A stretch of DNA of 64,000 nt from Paraspadella gotoi (taxonomy: Eukaryota > Animalia > Chaetognatha). The stretch spans positions 13,183,972 through 13,247,971 of the forward strand of contig CM119266.1 of assembly GCA_051294375.1 (NCBI GenBank). The letters are read 5' to 3'. Numbering within the stretch: position 1 is the stretch's first letter; each line of letters starts with the position of its first letter. Below the pieces are notes generated by a model. That model ran no database searches and had not been told where the DNA came from. It saw only the letters and a list, made by a program, of their open reading frames with translations. A program made the position numbers and the translations under genes. Of this stretch, positions 25,758 to 38,800 are shown one piece after another.

Positions 25758-27212
25758 AATATAAAAATTATTAAATATATCCTTATAAATAATAAAAAAA
25801 TTTCAAAATAATTTTTTGGATAATTTTATTTAAAGATTCAGATTCTCAGGAAACGTTAAAACAAAAATATAAAACATGTTATCATAATTGTTTTGTCTTA
25901 AGTGTCAATAATTGGAAAAAAGGTTAAAATTCTAAACTTTCAACTCTCTATAGTAGAAAACTATTATATGATAAACCGTTTTTGTAGTTTTTCGCAGCTT
26001 AATATTAAATATTATTATAACATATTTTATTTAAAAAAATTCTTTTTTTTTTCTGATGAATCCGAACTATTTAAAATTAAAAAAATATTTTTTTTTAAAT
26101 TGTATGATTGCAAGGATATTACTATAAAGAAAATTCAATTTGCTATATTGTTATGCTAAAATAATTTTAAAGGGCATCATTTTCTTAATTATATTATACG
26201 GAGGCAAAGCAAAAATATATGTTAAACTACGCTTCAATCTTTTCATTCACTCCACCTTAACTGCACATGGTCTTTGATTGAATATTTCTCTCTCTGAGTA
26301 TTATTTTTGTTAACGGAAAGCTCACTTTTAAGCATATATTTAGTAGTTATCGTGTGTAACACAGAGCTTTCCGAACCTTCCTTAAAAAGAAAAACGTTCA
26401 GAATATCGATAAGAAATAAATAAGCAATCGAGGAATAAACAAATACTTAAAAAAAGTCAGGTAAGGTTCAACATTGTAAGCTCTAGCAGATGCAAAAAAC
26501 TTTTAAATCTTCGATGAAATCGGTGACAGCTGCAAAGAAACACGGAGCTTCCCCCCCCGCCTTCTGTGCCGAAGCTGCGACAACAATCAGAGAGTAAAGA
26601 CAAGTGGCCTCGAACTGTTGACAGTGACAGTGCTGGTAGACAGTGAAGTTGAGCAGTGATAGTATGAGAGTTGACATGGGAAGTGCAGTTGAGAATGGCG
26701 AGGTTGAGAGTGACAATTTAAAAGTGACTTGATGAGGTTGACAAGTTGAGTGTGATGGAAGGGTTATGGATCAGCAGCAATTAAAATCTTGAAAGTTGAC
26801 GGTTAAGAGTGAATAGTTGTGAGTAGTGGTGTTAGAGAGTGACTGGTGAGTAGTGACGTTAAAAATATATAAGCATGCAAGACATTTGAAGCAGAAACAG
26901 GTAAGAGAGACTCAACGTTAACCTTGTCTTCAGAAAGTGATAAGTTTAAGAGTGACAGTAGAGAAATGTAAGGTTCGATTGACGGCTGAGGAGTCAGTCG
27001 GTCGACTAGTAGATCAGTGAAATAAGTGACCAGTGAAGGCATGACTAAAAGACAGTTCACGAGAGACGAAAGATTCGCGGTGAGCGAATAAATATATCGG
27101 CAAGAAAACGAGAGAAAACGCCTAAGAGGCGACGGGATTGGCAAGATCCGAATATTTTTAAGATTCTATTCGCGCGGCGAATCCGATTAAAACCTCTTTT
27201 GTTTCGCCCCAG

Positions 27213-27359
27213 AGCGTCGAAGGTGACGCTGACCGATGACGCCTTACGCCAAGATCTCACCCACTGCAACGGCGACGCGGACGAGGGGAGCCCCAACGGT
27301 AGATGGGAGGGCGCCGACTGCCGATATGGGGCGCTTGCGTGCACTCGACCCTGCCAGAG
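27213..27359 (+). CDS. Candidate small exon, possibly a C-type-lectin-like C-terminal segment
   Basis: GC-rich island bounded by TTTCGCCCCAG| and AG|GTGCGA. One frame reads HCNGDADEGSPNGRWEGADCRYGALACTRPC. The sequence is error-rich. Confidence 0.25.
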
Positions 27360-28859
27360 GTGCGACGGGGCACGAATTATCTGGGGAAGAGAGGGGGAGG
27401 GGGGAGAGAGAGAGGAGAAGAGAGAGCCCTGGGGAGAGAGACGAACTGAAAGAAACAGTACCGCGACCCCTGAGAGAACCGAGAGAGAAGAAGACAGAAG
27501 AGATGAGGAGAGAAGCATGCAGCCGGTAGAACTGAGTCCTGCACAGCCAGAAGAGGCCACGATGACAGCAGGGCAAAAGACGATCCAAGCAGAGACCGAG
27601 AAGAGGAAGAGAAAGAGAGAGAGAGCACTGAGTAATATGACTCGGAGAGAGAAGAAAGAGCGAAAGAGAGAGAGAGAGGAGATGAGAGATGCCCGGAGAG
27701 AGAGAGAGAGAGAGGACCGAGAGAGAGAAAGAAAAGAGTGAGTACTGGCCCCTCAGAGTGTGTGCAAGCCGATCGATAATGACGGTAGGTTGAGTTGACT
27801 GAGACGTAACGAGTAAATTTAAATCTAAGTCGTCACTCAATAATCAGTATCTAGGTTAATGTATTCTTTGTATAGTTTAATAGATTGCCATAATCGTTCC
27901 TATCCTTATTACAACTCCCGACGTCTGCGCAGTCGGAGATTTTTTTATTTTCAGGTCGCGTAAGCCAGCGACTATATATTCATTACATGTTAAAATGGAT
28001 TTTGGGTGTTTATAACTTTTATTTAACTTAATTTAATTTGTGTGATGTGTGTCACTGTATATAAATCTATGCTATGAAATTAAACTACTATATTAATGAC
28101 TTTTGTAAAATTTATATTAATGGATTGGATTCATAAGATAATAAAGTTCTAGCAGTCAAAAGAATGATCCTATTTAATTCTACTTTATTTGGTCGTCTAT
28201 TATATAATAATTCTTTGTAATTGGTATTATTCTAATTACCTTGTTTCTTCTATGCAATTAATAAAAAATCCAAATCACTATACTAACCACAATAATTGCT
28301 GTCAAATATTTGCAAATTCATGAAACGTTGGAACAACTAATCAATTACATTCTTTAACGGCAAGAGCCCTTTCTAGAGAGGCAACCGGGCGCTTTTCCCT
28401 CCTTTCAGCCAAGAAACGCCAACCGCCGTCGCCCACGTTGGCCGGTTTTTCTCGCTCAAACTGCAAGGGTCATTCATCTTTGAGCTCCAATTTTCACTCG
28501 AGCGATTACGAATTGGCGAAGAAATGTTTGACAAGAGAAAGCGAAAGGAAAGAAAGAAAAAAAAAGAGTCTTTTAAGGATTCTAAACCGCTCCCTTTCAG
28601 TGTGGTTTCGAGTAACCGGTATTTTCTTCGTTGATAGAGAGAAAAGAATTATTATTGTTGTACCGCTAATCAAACGAGAATGCGTCGCTTAAAAGAAAAG
28701 TGCAACATTTTTCTATAGAGATGTTCGTTAAACTGACTTACCCGAAATGGCAACGAGATGCCAGAAATTCGGTTGTAAAAAACAGTTGTTAAAACACACT
28801 AGATTCCGATCTAGCGTTATATCTTAAGAGCTAGCACAAATTCGTCTTATGGCAGGTTT

Positions 28860-31320
28860 GATAAGGATTTAATAACAAACAAGCCAGGGGAAAGCACTAG
28901 TCATCTCCGGTAAGAATTTCAAACCTTGTTCCTTCTACCTTAGAAATGAAAGGGCAAATTGTGCTTTTGCAAAAATTGTTAAGACGGGCTAGGGTATGTT
29001 AACATTATAAATATTACTTCGATAATTTTGAGATTTTAAAATTAGCACCTCTTGTGCTCAAGAGCTTGCGCAAATTTATTCTTGTTCATTATCTGACCAA
29101 CACTCTTCATAGTAAGAACCAACATTGTAAAGTCCAGTTGGTCTGGGTTTGACAACGATGAAATTTTATTTAATGAAAGAAATTAAAAGTAAGGTTGAGA
29201 GAGAAAAACTGATTTTTCGCTGGAGTATCTCTTGAGGAACAGAAGATACGAAGGGATGGCAATGAGGTTACCAATAATTTGAAAAGCCATAATCATGAGG
29301 CACATACAAGTTACAATATTAGAATTAGTTTTTGCTGAAACCTGCTTTACAGGGGTGCCACGCTGTCAAACTGAAAGTCAAAATGTATGAATGAATTTTA
29401 AAATAATGGAAACCCCATAGAAAATTAAATGAAATTTAAATTCTTTTTAGTGATTTCTGAAAAGAAAAAAAGTGCTAAAATTGTACATATGAGTTTAAAG
29501 CTTTAAGTTTTTTTGGATAAAGAAAATAATATAAGTTTTTTTCACTTAAAAGTAGTTGTGCGTCGACTGCATAGTTACAAGCGATGCTTTACAAAATTCT
29601 AGCCCAAAAGTATGTAATCACCCCATGCGACACGCTAAATGTATCTTCTTTCCACCGAGCAAAAAGTGAAAGCATTGATTATGTTAGAAACAGAGGTTTA
29701 GCTGAGATGGAGGCTGGAAGACGTAAAGCTGCTTTCACGTTTAATGTCATCTTTCAATGAATAATCACAATAATGCACGACCAGGCTCAAGTGTGTCTCG
29801 TCTCGTTATGTAGACAAAGAGAAGAGAGAGAGAAAAAAGAAAAAAGAAAAAAAGGAGAAGAGATAGAGAAAGAGATATTTTTTATAGTCGCCAGCCTTGC
29901 TCCCATAAGTCAGGTATCACCTTCTAACAGCCAATGACGCCAAGACGGTTATAACTCATCAACACCACGTGCTCATCAGCGAATTCTAGTTAAGATCCTT
30001 ACTTTCTTCGAGCTTGTGGGTTTGAGAAAAACATTTCGTGACTTAATAGTTTGCCTTTTGACATTCCCTTCTATTTGTCTCTTTACTGTCTGTTTGTTCG
30101 CGTTGGAGTTTACAGAAGGAACAGAAATGATTTCAACGAGACAACAGACAGTCGCGAAAACAATAGCGGGCGAAATCTCGATGTCCAAATGTACATCCGG
30201 GAGCGTCACTACTCCCCGTCCATCACATAGCTACATACACAGCCTGCCTCTCCGACACACTATCACAATCCAATGGCACTGAAAGATATTAAAAACTGAT
30301 CTACAATTTGACTGGAAAAGGACATGAATAATCTTTCAATTTCTCTGCCGCTCAGACGAGGATCTATCCCATGCGAAGTGGCGATTATCAGAACAGATAC
30401 ACATCTTTACAATACTGCAATTATGTGCATACCTCTAGCGTCAACTCACCACTCTCATGGCGCCCGTACCCGATGCCGACCTCATTCATCCCACAACCTC
30501 GACAATCGCAACCGCGTGAAAACTATCACATCACTGCTCTACTATTTGTCGTAACAGAACTAAATGTATGTACAAAGCTAACTGATGAATAGCTTATTCA
30601 GATATGATAGAAAACTTAAAACTTTAATGGACATCAACAAACGACCGGACTGCATCCGAATGGAACGGGAGACACAATAAGTTTAAAAAATTTCATTCGC
30701 GTTGATAATTCTAAAGGCGAAAGGAGACATATCCTCTCCAAAAATTTCCTTTCACTCTCTGCCTGTATGAAACCTACTTCTCGTCTCTCTCTTCATAATA
30801 TCGATCGTACGTCTTCCTGGCAACCGGCGTCCCTGTATTTAACCGCTTTCGTCTCCCGTGGGAACGCCCTCTTCTTCAGCGCCATGTTTTCCGCTCCGAT
30901 TGGCCTTGAAGAAACCGCGGTCCCTCCGACGAGTTTGCTTCAGATTAACGTCTCTTTTTGACGCCGGCCTACTTTCGCGCGAAAATGACTTAACGGAGTA
31001 GATAACGTCGCATCATTTTTCGTTCGTGAGTTTTTGTTTTTTTTTAGTGTTGATTGCGCGGTTTTTCCTTGAGGCTTTCGCATTTTTCTTACAAATTGCA
31101 ACCAACGTCTTTTTGGTGACTGACTTGACAATGGTGTTACAACATATCAACCCACCCTGAAAAGGCGAAAACAACTGAAAGAGGAGCTTTTCAAGGACCA
31201 TTTTGAAATTCCTCTCTTCTCGTTCTCTTCTTCTCTCTCTCTTCCTCGTCTCTCTCTCTACTCTTCTCTCTCTCTCTTCTCTCTCTTTCTCTCTCTTTCT
31301 CTCTCTCTCTCTTCTCTCTC
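28860..31320 (+). repeat. Further indel-rich direct copy of ~11770-12740 plus ~13180-14300
   Basis: 28895-28940 matches 11815-11860. 29990-30200 matches 13180-13395. 30850-30900 matches the reverse complement of 10845-10895. Confidence 0.85.
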
Positions 31321-32309
31321 GTCTAATATATTGTATTTTGCTTTTCTGTTCCCGAAACAATATTATCAATATACTTTTTGTATTAAATAATCATACCATC
31401 TCGCATAAAATTATTATTGTTAATTGACTCAAATCAGATTTTTGTTCTCAGGTGCTCCACTCTAATATGCAGTTTATAAAGAAAATTGTATATTAAATAA
31501 TGATCACAATCTCTCTCTTTCATCGCCACCTGATCCTCCTCAATCCTTACCATATTCCAAGTGAGCAAAGTTCATCTTTTATTACTTTTCCCATTTCTCC
31601 TAAAAGCTTCTTCCACGATTTCCAATAAGTAAAGAAAAGGTTTCGGCATCATATCATGAAAATCTCGCGGACTCGTCGTCGTCATCTCTTCCCCCAGAAT
31701 TGTGGGTTTTTCGTGATTTTATTGAGAGTGAGAATAGTAAAAATATACTAAAAATGTGATACGTGACAAAAGTTATGAAACCATGTGGATTCTTTTCAGT
31801 CAAGTTTCTCCAAGAAAATATATGGAGATTTCTTTCCTCCCTTTTCCGTTCCCTTCTCCGCCAAACTCGTTTTGATTTTAACACCAAATTCACTTTCTCT
31901 TCTTTTTCGCTTAAATCGAAAATTCGTGTCGGTCGGCCTATTCTTACCCCAGCCCGTCCGTTCGCCCGCCTGCCCGCTAACCCGTTTGCCCGCCGTCCTA
32001 ATTATTTGTCGACCGCCGAGAATGTTGTTTCAGTCCCCGCTGCGCGGCTCGGTCTTCGCTAATGATAAAATCGTGAATTTTAACAACCGAAACACAACAG
32101 TCACCGTGTCTTAACATTTTTCGAGATCACAATAAGGATATCTATTAACTAATAACATCCATATATCTCGTAAAATTCACTCAAGGCATAGCGTTGAGTG
32201 TGATTCCCATTTTCTCACCGTCCGAGTTAATTTTGATTTATGCCTTTGATAAACAATATCGCCGACAAGATATTGCCAATATTGGCGCAGATGACAACGA
32301 CATTGCACC

Positions 32310-32347
<38 letters not shown>

Positions 32348-32905
32348 AATCACACTTCCCATTTTCGCCATCTTCCTTCCATTGACGCACGCGCAATTGA
32401 GCGGCAGAGAAGACTGAAGCCTACGTGAATTTTCGCACTCACGCGACTGGGGACCAGGAGGAGGGAGGGGAGGCCACGTTGGGGGGGGGAGGGTCGGAGT
32501 GATTGAAGTAGCGGGGTGGAACGCTAGGACGAGGGACCAGCAACGGGGATGGCAACGTTGTTTGTAGAAAGGGGTCGAAGACTCGAAGCATGTTATGTCG
32601 AGAAGTAAAAGGGAAACTTTTTTCTAGTTTTAGCGAAGTGTTTTTTTTTCTCCTCTTTATTTTTTAAAAAAGGGATCCTGGAAAAGTATTTAATCTCCAA
32701 AGTGTTTACCGTTTCTTCTAAATGAATTCGGACGCGTCGTTGATGTTGTCGTCGTTTTCGTCGTCGTCTTAATATTTTTCTCATGTTGTCCGTCTTCGCC
32801 GTCGTCTTAGTTTTCGTCAACGTGACGGGTTTGCAAATTTTAGTTGAATTGAGTCTCGCGTCCTGATGACATAATATATCGTCTTTATCAACGTCAACTT
32901 TATCT

Positions 32906-32945
<40 letters not shown>

Positions 32946-33285
32946 GATCGTGGTGAAGCCTCCATCGCGGATGCGATTATCACCTGCGAGAATTCCTCGT
33001 TCAAAACTCAGCTTTTCCTTCTGGGAAAATCAATGGCGATCTTGGAAGAGGGAAGCGTCGTTGGTGAAGAGAGCGACGTCGGGAATAAATGTGATTAAAA
33101 GCAAAAGATAAAGATATAGAAGAAAGAAAGAAAGACGAAAGAAAGAAAGACTTCTATTACCTTGCATAATGCATATTCCCTTTCCTCTCCATGAATAACT
33201 CCCTTGACAAGACGCTCTTCCATAATACAGCGACACATCCACCACCCTCTTTCTTTACTTTTATCTTCTCTCTCTCTCTCTTCTC

Positions 33286-33319
<34 letters not shown>

Positions 33320-33471
33320 CTTTTCCCTCTTTCCAATCACAAAGATATTTCAGAATATCATCCAAAATAAGAAAATTGCGGAGACCTGCCTGATAAAAAC
33401 CCACCATGTCAACTGCCACGTCACCAGTTCCAGTCAACGATCTTGAACTAATCCATCTCCAAGCCTTACAA

Positions 33472-33629
33472 GTCGTCGTCGTTCGTTCGTTCATTCGTTC
33501 GTTCGTCCGTTCACCTTTTTTTCAGGGGAAATTCTTTTCGTGGTCGAGGATTGTAACGAAAAAAACTTCCCCTGAAAATAAGGTGAACGGACGAACGAAC
33601 GAATGTACGAACGAACGAACGACGACGAC
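33472..33629. repeat. ~158-bp near-perfect hairpin (MITE-like) with (GTTC)n/(GAAC)n arms
   Basis: gtcgtcgtcgttcgttcgttcattcgttcgttcgtccgttcacctttttttcaggggaa ... ttcccctgaaaataaggtgaacggacgaacgaacgaatgtacgaacgaacgaacgacgacgac. Confidence 0.85.
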
Positions 33630-34505
33630 CGCGACGATCGGCTCGTAACTAACGAGGACAACAAACAAACTGAAACGAGGATCAAAAGGACATGGAACCC
33701 GCGTCGATGGGACAACGAGACGTTTACGACGCCATCGGAAACGCGAAACGACGCGTTAGCGAGACTCTCTAAAACCTTGAAGAGGACGCGCTCGGCCGCG
33801 AGGCCCTGGGGGAACGTCAACAAAAGAAGAGAGCGATCGGTTCGAGGAAATAAAGATGACGAATAATCCGCTCGATGTCAACCGCGAACAGCAAAGGTTA
33901 TTTTGTAGAACGATATCGAAGCAGCGAAAGAACGTCGCGTTGAAAAAAGAGCGAGAAAGATGAAAAAAATATGGGTCGTTCGTCCCCAGCGTGACAAATC
34001 ACGCGACATCTCGACAGCAGGACGTGGCGTCGAGGAAGAGTCGTGGCGTGGCGTGGCGTGGCGTGGCGTGGCTAGGAATGGCGCAAAGGCAACGCGGCGT
34101 TGCGAAACTAATGACAACGCTCGCAAGGGAGAAAGGGCAAGCCTAGTTATGAGAACGAGATATTCGCAGAGGGAGAGAGAGAGAGAGAAAAAAAAAATAG
34201 GCAAATTGATGATTCGCTCATAATTCCCTTTTTCCCCTCGGTTTCCCTCTTTTGCTCTCTCTCTCGGAAATTAAATTGATGGAAGAGGCATTTTTTAAAA
34301 ATATTTATGCCAGACGATAGCTAAATATTATAAATTATATTCATATTAAATGCATATTAAATATTAATTTTTAAAATTTTTAAGGACATCAACAAAAAAA
34401 AATTACATTTTTATAGTATTCTATATTCATTCATTAAAGATTTATTTCCTTTCTCTTTTTTTAAGATGAGCCTTAATACAATAGTTCGCTAGTTATTTGA
34501 CTCCG

Positions 34506-34512
34506 TTATTTA

Positions 34513-34603
<91 letters not shown>
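34506..34603. repeat. (ATT)n microsatellite
   Basis: Directly visible trinucleotide run. Confidence 0.95.
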
Positions 34604-34605
<2 letters not shown>

Positions 34606-35103
34606 TTTCTACCGTCTCCGGTCATTAGGTTATTTGTTCGTTTGCTCGTTTCTAAAGAACTACATTCGTTCTTTGTTGTTCTTCAAATGATCTTTGTTAA
34701 TATTTTAAAAAGAGGCAATCAAATGGGTGACTTTCAGTTTGCGCAAAGTTTTGACTTAATTCTGAATTCGTTATTCTTTTTTTTTAGTTAGTAAGAAAAC
34801 CCTGCCAAGTCCGAGTCCGAGTCTTAGGCCAGGGTCCCTGGCCTCGGACTCGGTCTCCTTCGAACGTCCAACTCAAAATGAGGAAAGAAAAGTTTCTAAA
34901 TCTGCTCTTTATTTTTTATGAGCTTTTTTCCCCTTTTGTTAATAATCCTTGCGAATAAATAAATTAGTGTACGACGCCTATATTCACAATTATATTCATA
35001 ATTTATTTTTCCACTATCGTTTCCTTCATTTAGTACTTTCCCTTCCTTCGTTTTGGACACACTCTCTGCTCGTTTAGAAAAGGCTATCCTTTGTTTTAAG
35101 TCT

Positions 35104-35172
<69 letters not shown>

Positions 35173-35823
35173 CAGCCACGAGGCCACGGTCTTGGCTGTT
35201 TTATTACTTCATTAGTCAGCGAAATTGCGGCTTCGTTTTCCTCTCGGTTTTTGGTGGTGAAGCCGCCGCCACTTTTCGGCGGTTTGCTTCTGGGTTCGAC
35301 GCTCAAAGTCCAAGCGAGTTTTTTTTTGTCGGGAGGAAAGAATGAGTTAAGAGATAACAGCGTCCGCTCGGTTTAACAAAGTTGTTAAATATAATTTCTA
35401 TATTTTCTCGAGATGAATGTTTTAAACTTCACGGCCCTCTAATATTCTATGTAGTAGTGTAAAAACGTGTTAAAAAAAAAGTAAACAAGTAACCTTGCCG
35501 CAAACTTTAGCCGAGTGTACAAGAACCGAATTCGTCAAATTGACAGAAGTACCCGACGAAAAAAAAAAATTTAAGTCAACAAAGCAACGGTGGAACCTCC
35601 GCCGGTTAATGGGGTCGTAACATTTTCTTGTTGATTTTTCTCGATAAAAAAAATGAAGCCAAACAAATAAAAACTTACAAAAATGCGGCCTCTTTCCTTT
35701 TTGAGTCTTTCCCCTTTTTTTTACAATTCTTTTTTGCTTTCCATTTTCTAAAGCCATCTAGATTTTTTTTCCCCTTTTGATTTATTCCTCCATTCGGAAA
35801 ATCGATAAATCGTTTTTAACCAA

Positions 35824-35891
35824 CCGGCGACCGGGCGACCGGGCGACCAGGCGACCGGGCGACCGGGCGACCGGGCGACCGGGCGACCGGG
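35824..35891. repeat. 8-bp tandem repeat (CCGGGCGA)n, ~8 copies
   Basis: ccggcga ccgggcga ccgggcga ccaggcga ccgggcga ... Confidence 0.9.
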
Positions 35892-38800
35892 CTCCCTGCT
35901 AGACGCCCGATCGTCGGTCTGAGAGGCGAGGTCGGCGAAAAAGGCTACGTTGTTTGCGCCCCTTGTGGTTGTTTTTTTTACTAAGTTCAAGTTATAAACA
36001 CGAGCGAAATGGTTTGGCGCGCGCGGGGTCAGTGCCGGTTAAAGGGTGGGGAGAAATCGGCGCCGTTTAGAAGGCAAATCGGCGCCGCGTTAGAATGTCT
36101 GGCCGAACTGTCGGGCTTCTAGTGGATCACGCCAACCCAGAGACGCGACCTTTATGTGGAGACGAAGTGAGGATCTTTGGCGGGGGAAAAAGACTTAAAA
36201 ACGAGGGAGGGAGGAAAAGAGGGAGGAAGAGGAGGACGAGAAAAAGCGATTGTGAAAGAACGAGGAAGTACACTGTGACTGGGAGAAAAAAAGGGAAAAG
36301 GGGAAAATCGAGAGAATGGGCGACATGAATTGAAATGAATTTCGACGGGAACATTTAGGAAATTTGGCGACAAAGTAGGAGAAATAAATCGTGATATTGA
36401 AAGTTAAAAAAAGAAGAAAATTTCAATTGGGGATGGGGAAATTGGGAAAATATAGTATAACGCTGACAAAATGATAAAAATTCAATTTTTTGACACATTA
36501 ACGTCAAGTTAGAACGAAATAACAAATAACAAACTCGAAGGATAAGGACTATACACGAAGAGACGAAGAGAATTACTGACTGTGTCTGAAGTGAAGGGGA
36601 AATTAAAGAAACTACTAGATGCCCTGAATCCGAGAAAAAAAACCATTCCTTTAGAAAAAGAGGAAGAAAAGGAACGAGTTTCTGAATGCGGAGAAAGAAG
36701 CAGACAAGGAGGCCGAGAGGTAGTAGAAAGAAACAAAGTCTTGGCCCCAGAGGCGTTTGCTTTGTACCAAAAAAATTTTTTTGAGACCTGAACGAACTCA
36801 TCGGGGGGCAAAAAAAAACAAAAACAAAAGACTGCTGGCATGAAAAAGTAAACGGCTTAAAGAAAACTGTGACATAACCAGAGAAACTAACAAACAAGGA
36901 GACTGAATTAGATGAAATGAAACATTCGAAAGCCACAGAGGCGTTTAAACAAGGCTGAAGAAATTCAGAAGAGAAAAGAAATTTATTTTCCTCGATTGCG
37001 ATGCCACATAGGGGTTCGCGAACTGAGGTTCAAATCGGAAGTAAACAGTAAACAAAGCAAAAACATGAAAAAGTAAAAAAAATCACCGAATCCAAAGAGA
37101 AAAGGGTTTTTCCTGAATCGGGGGAAAAAAAACTTTGCGATCGATATGAGGGAAATTCGTCTTCCGTTCGTCCCCACGGGAATTCCTCATCGTCAACCGG
37201 AAGTCGCTCGATGTTCACTAGTCTAAATCCTCGATGGATTGGTTATGGATTGGTCAATGACCGACTGCACTTTACGATGACTTTGTTGCGCCCCTATGTG
37301 TGTCAGTGTGTCAGTGTCAGTTGATATCATGTTCCTTTATTTATTTACAGTCGGAGTTTCACTGAGGTCGCGAGACTCGCTTTACTAGCTCCTTCCCAAA
37401 TATCTCTTTGAAGATATCAAACCGACGACATTTCGCTGCATCGACTTGCAATTTTATTTCCCTACATTTTTAGTCCCACAAGTCATTTTTCTTCTTCTCA
37501 GCAAGCCGCTTGATATATACCGTAAATGAAAAATCTATTTTATTTCTTTTTTTTATCTACCTACTGCACTCTAGCATTTTTCAAAGAGCTTTTTAGTTAG
37601 TTTCTCCATTCGTTTTGAGAATTCTAATTTTTTTCCCATTTTTTTCTTTTCCTTCTTCTTACCTCATTAGCCTCTCACGCGCTCAACGTCTCCTTCCCTC
37701 CTTTTCTTTTTATTCTTTTTCTCGTTATAATCTCCTTTGATCATTTCCCTTTCATGTTTTCTCTCATTATAACCTGATTCTCTGGATTTCCGTCATTTGC
37801 TTCTCATCTCCTTTTCTCTCATTCTCCTTTTCTCTTTCGAATCCTCTCTTCTCATTTTTTTCTCCTCTTCCCTCCCACTTTCCTCCTTTCTTCCTTTCCT
37901 CCTTTCCTCCTTTCCTCCTTTCCTCCGATATTCAGTTTCATTCTTCAAAACTCTCACGTCTTTCCTAGTTTTGATTCGTTTTGGGAATTAAATTCTTCTT
38001 CAACTTTTTTCTTTCTTTTTTTTCTCTCTTTTTTCCTTCATTTTCTTTTATAAGGAACCTCATGCCTTTTTCTTCTTTTAGATTCTAGTTCTATGTTTCT
38101 GTTCGGAGAACTCATGATTTTTTTTCAATCTTCCCACTTTTTGCTTTCAGTTGACATCACATTACCCTTTTTAATAATTATCATTCTTTCCTTCTTTTAA
38201 TAAAATTTCTTTAAATCTCGCCAACTTTTGTAATATCATCCCTTTTTTTTTCACGACCACTATTTACTATAAATCTTATTCTATCGCAATTCATATTCTC
38301 GGATTCCCCCAGAAACGGCGCCGTTTCCCTCATTTAAAATTTCTCCAACCGTCATTTACCAATTTTTTGCATTTTTCATTCAACGATCCTAGGACGACCG
38401 ACGTCGGCGACAGTTTTAGAACGCCACGTAAAATATTCAAAGCCACGGAAAATATTCTCAAAGTTTCCCATAAAACATTCAATCTTTTTTTTTCTTACTT
38501 TTTTAGTTCATCGTTAGAACTAACTACCCCGTTTGTTTATTTTTTTGGTTTGTTTTTGTTTTTTCCTAACGGCCTACTCAATTTTTGAGCTAAACATACG
38601 TCCCATCGTTCGCGGGCGAAACATCTTTGCGCAAATTGCGACGTGACGCTAACCTCGTTACGCCCTCTATCGAGAGCGCTCCTTTCAGTCTCACCTTTTT
38701 TCTCCTTTTTTTTCCGCTTCTTTTACAGATTTGGATTTCATCTTTCTTTCACGTTTACTTCTCAGGGGAAAACTACCTTTCACTTTCCGTTCCTTTCAAG

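Larger units (their letters stand above)
19149..28712. repeat. Large inverted repeat: arm 19149-~22190 vs arm ~25780-28712, enclosing two direct copies of a Penelope-like fragment
   Basis: 19400-19500 matches the reverse complement of 28340-28450. 22140-22185 matches the reverse complement of 25780-25830. Arms are indel-rich. Confidence 0.9.

Noticed and set aside
26053-26070. CTGATGAATCCGAA(A)C as a hammerhead (also 21898-21914 on the minus strand)
   Set aside because: Only 4 nt lie between the cores, so there is no stem II, and there is no stem III/UH. More likely part of an AT-rich repeat.
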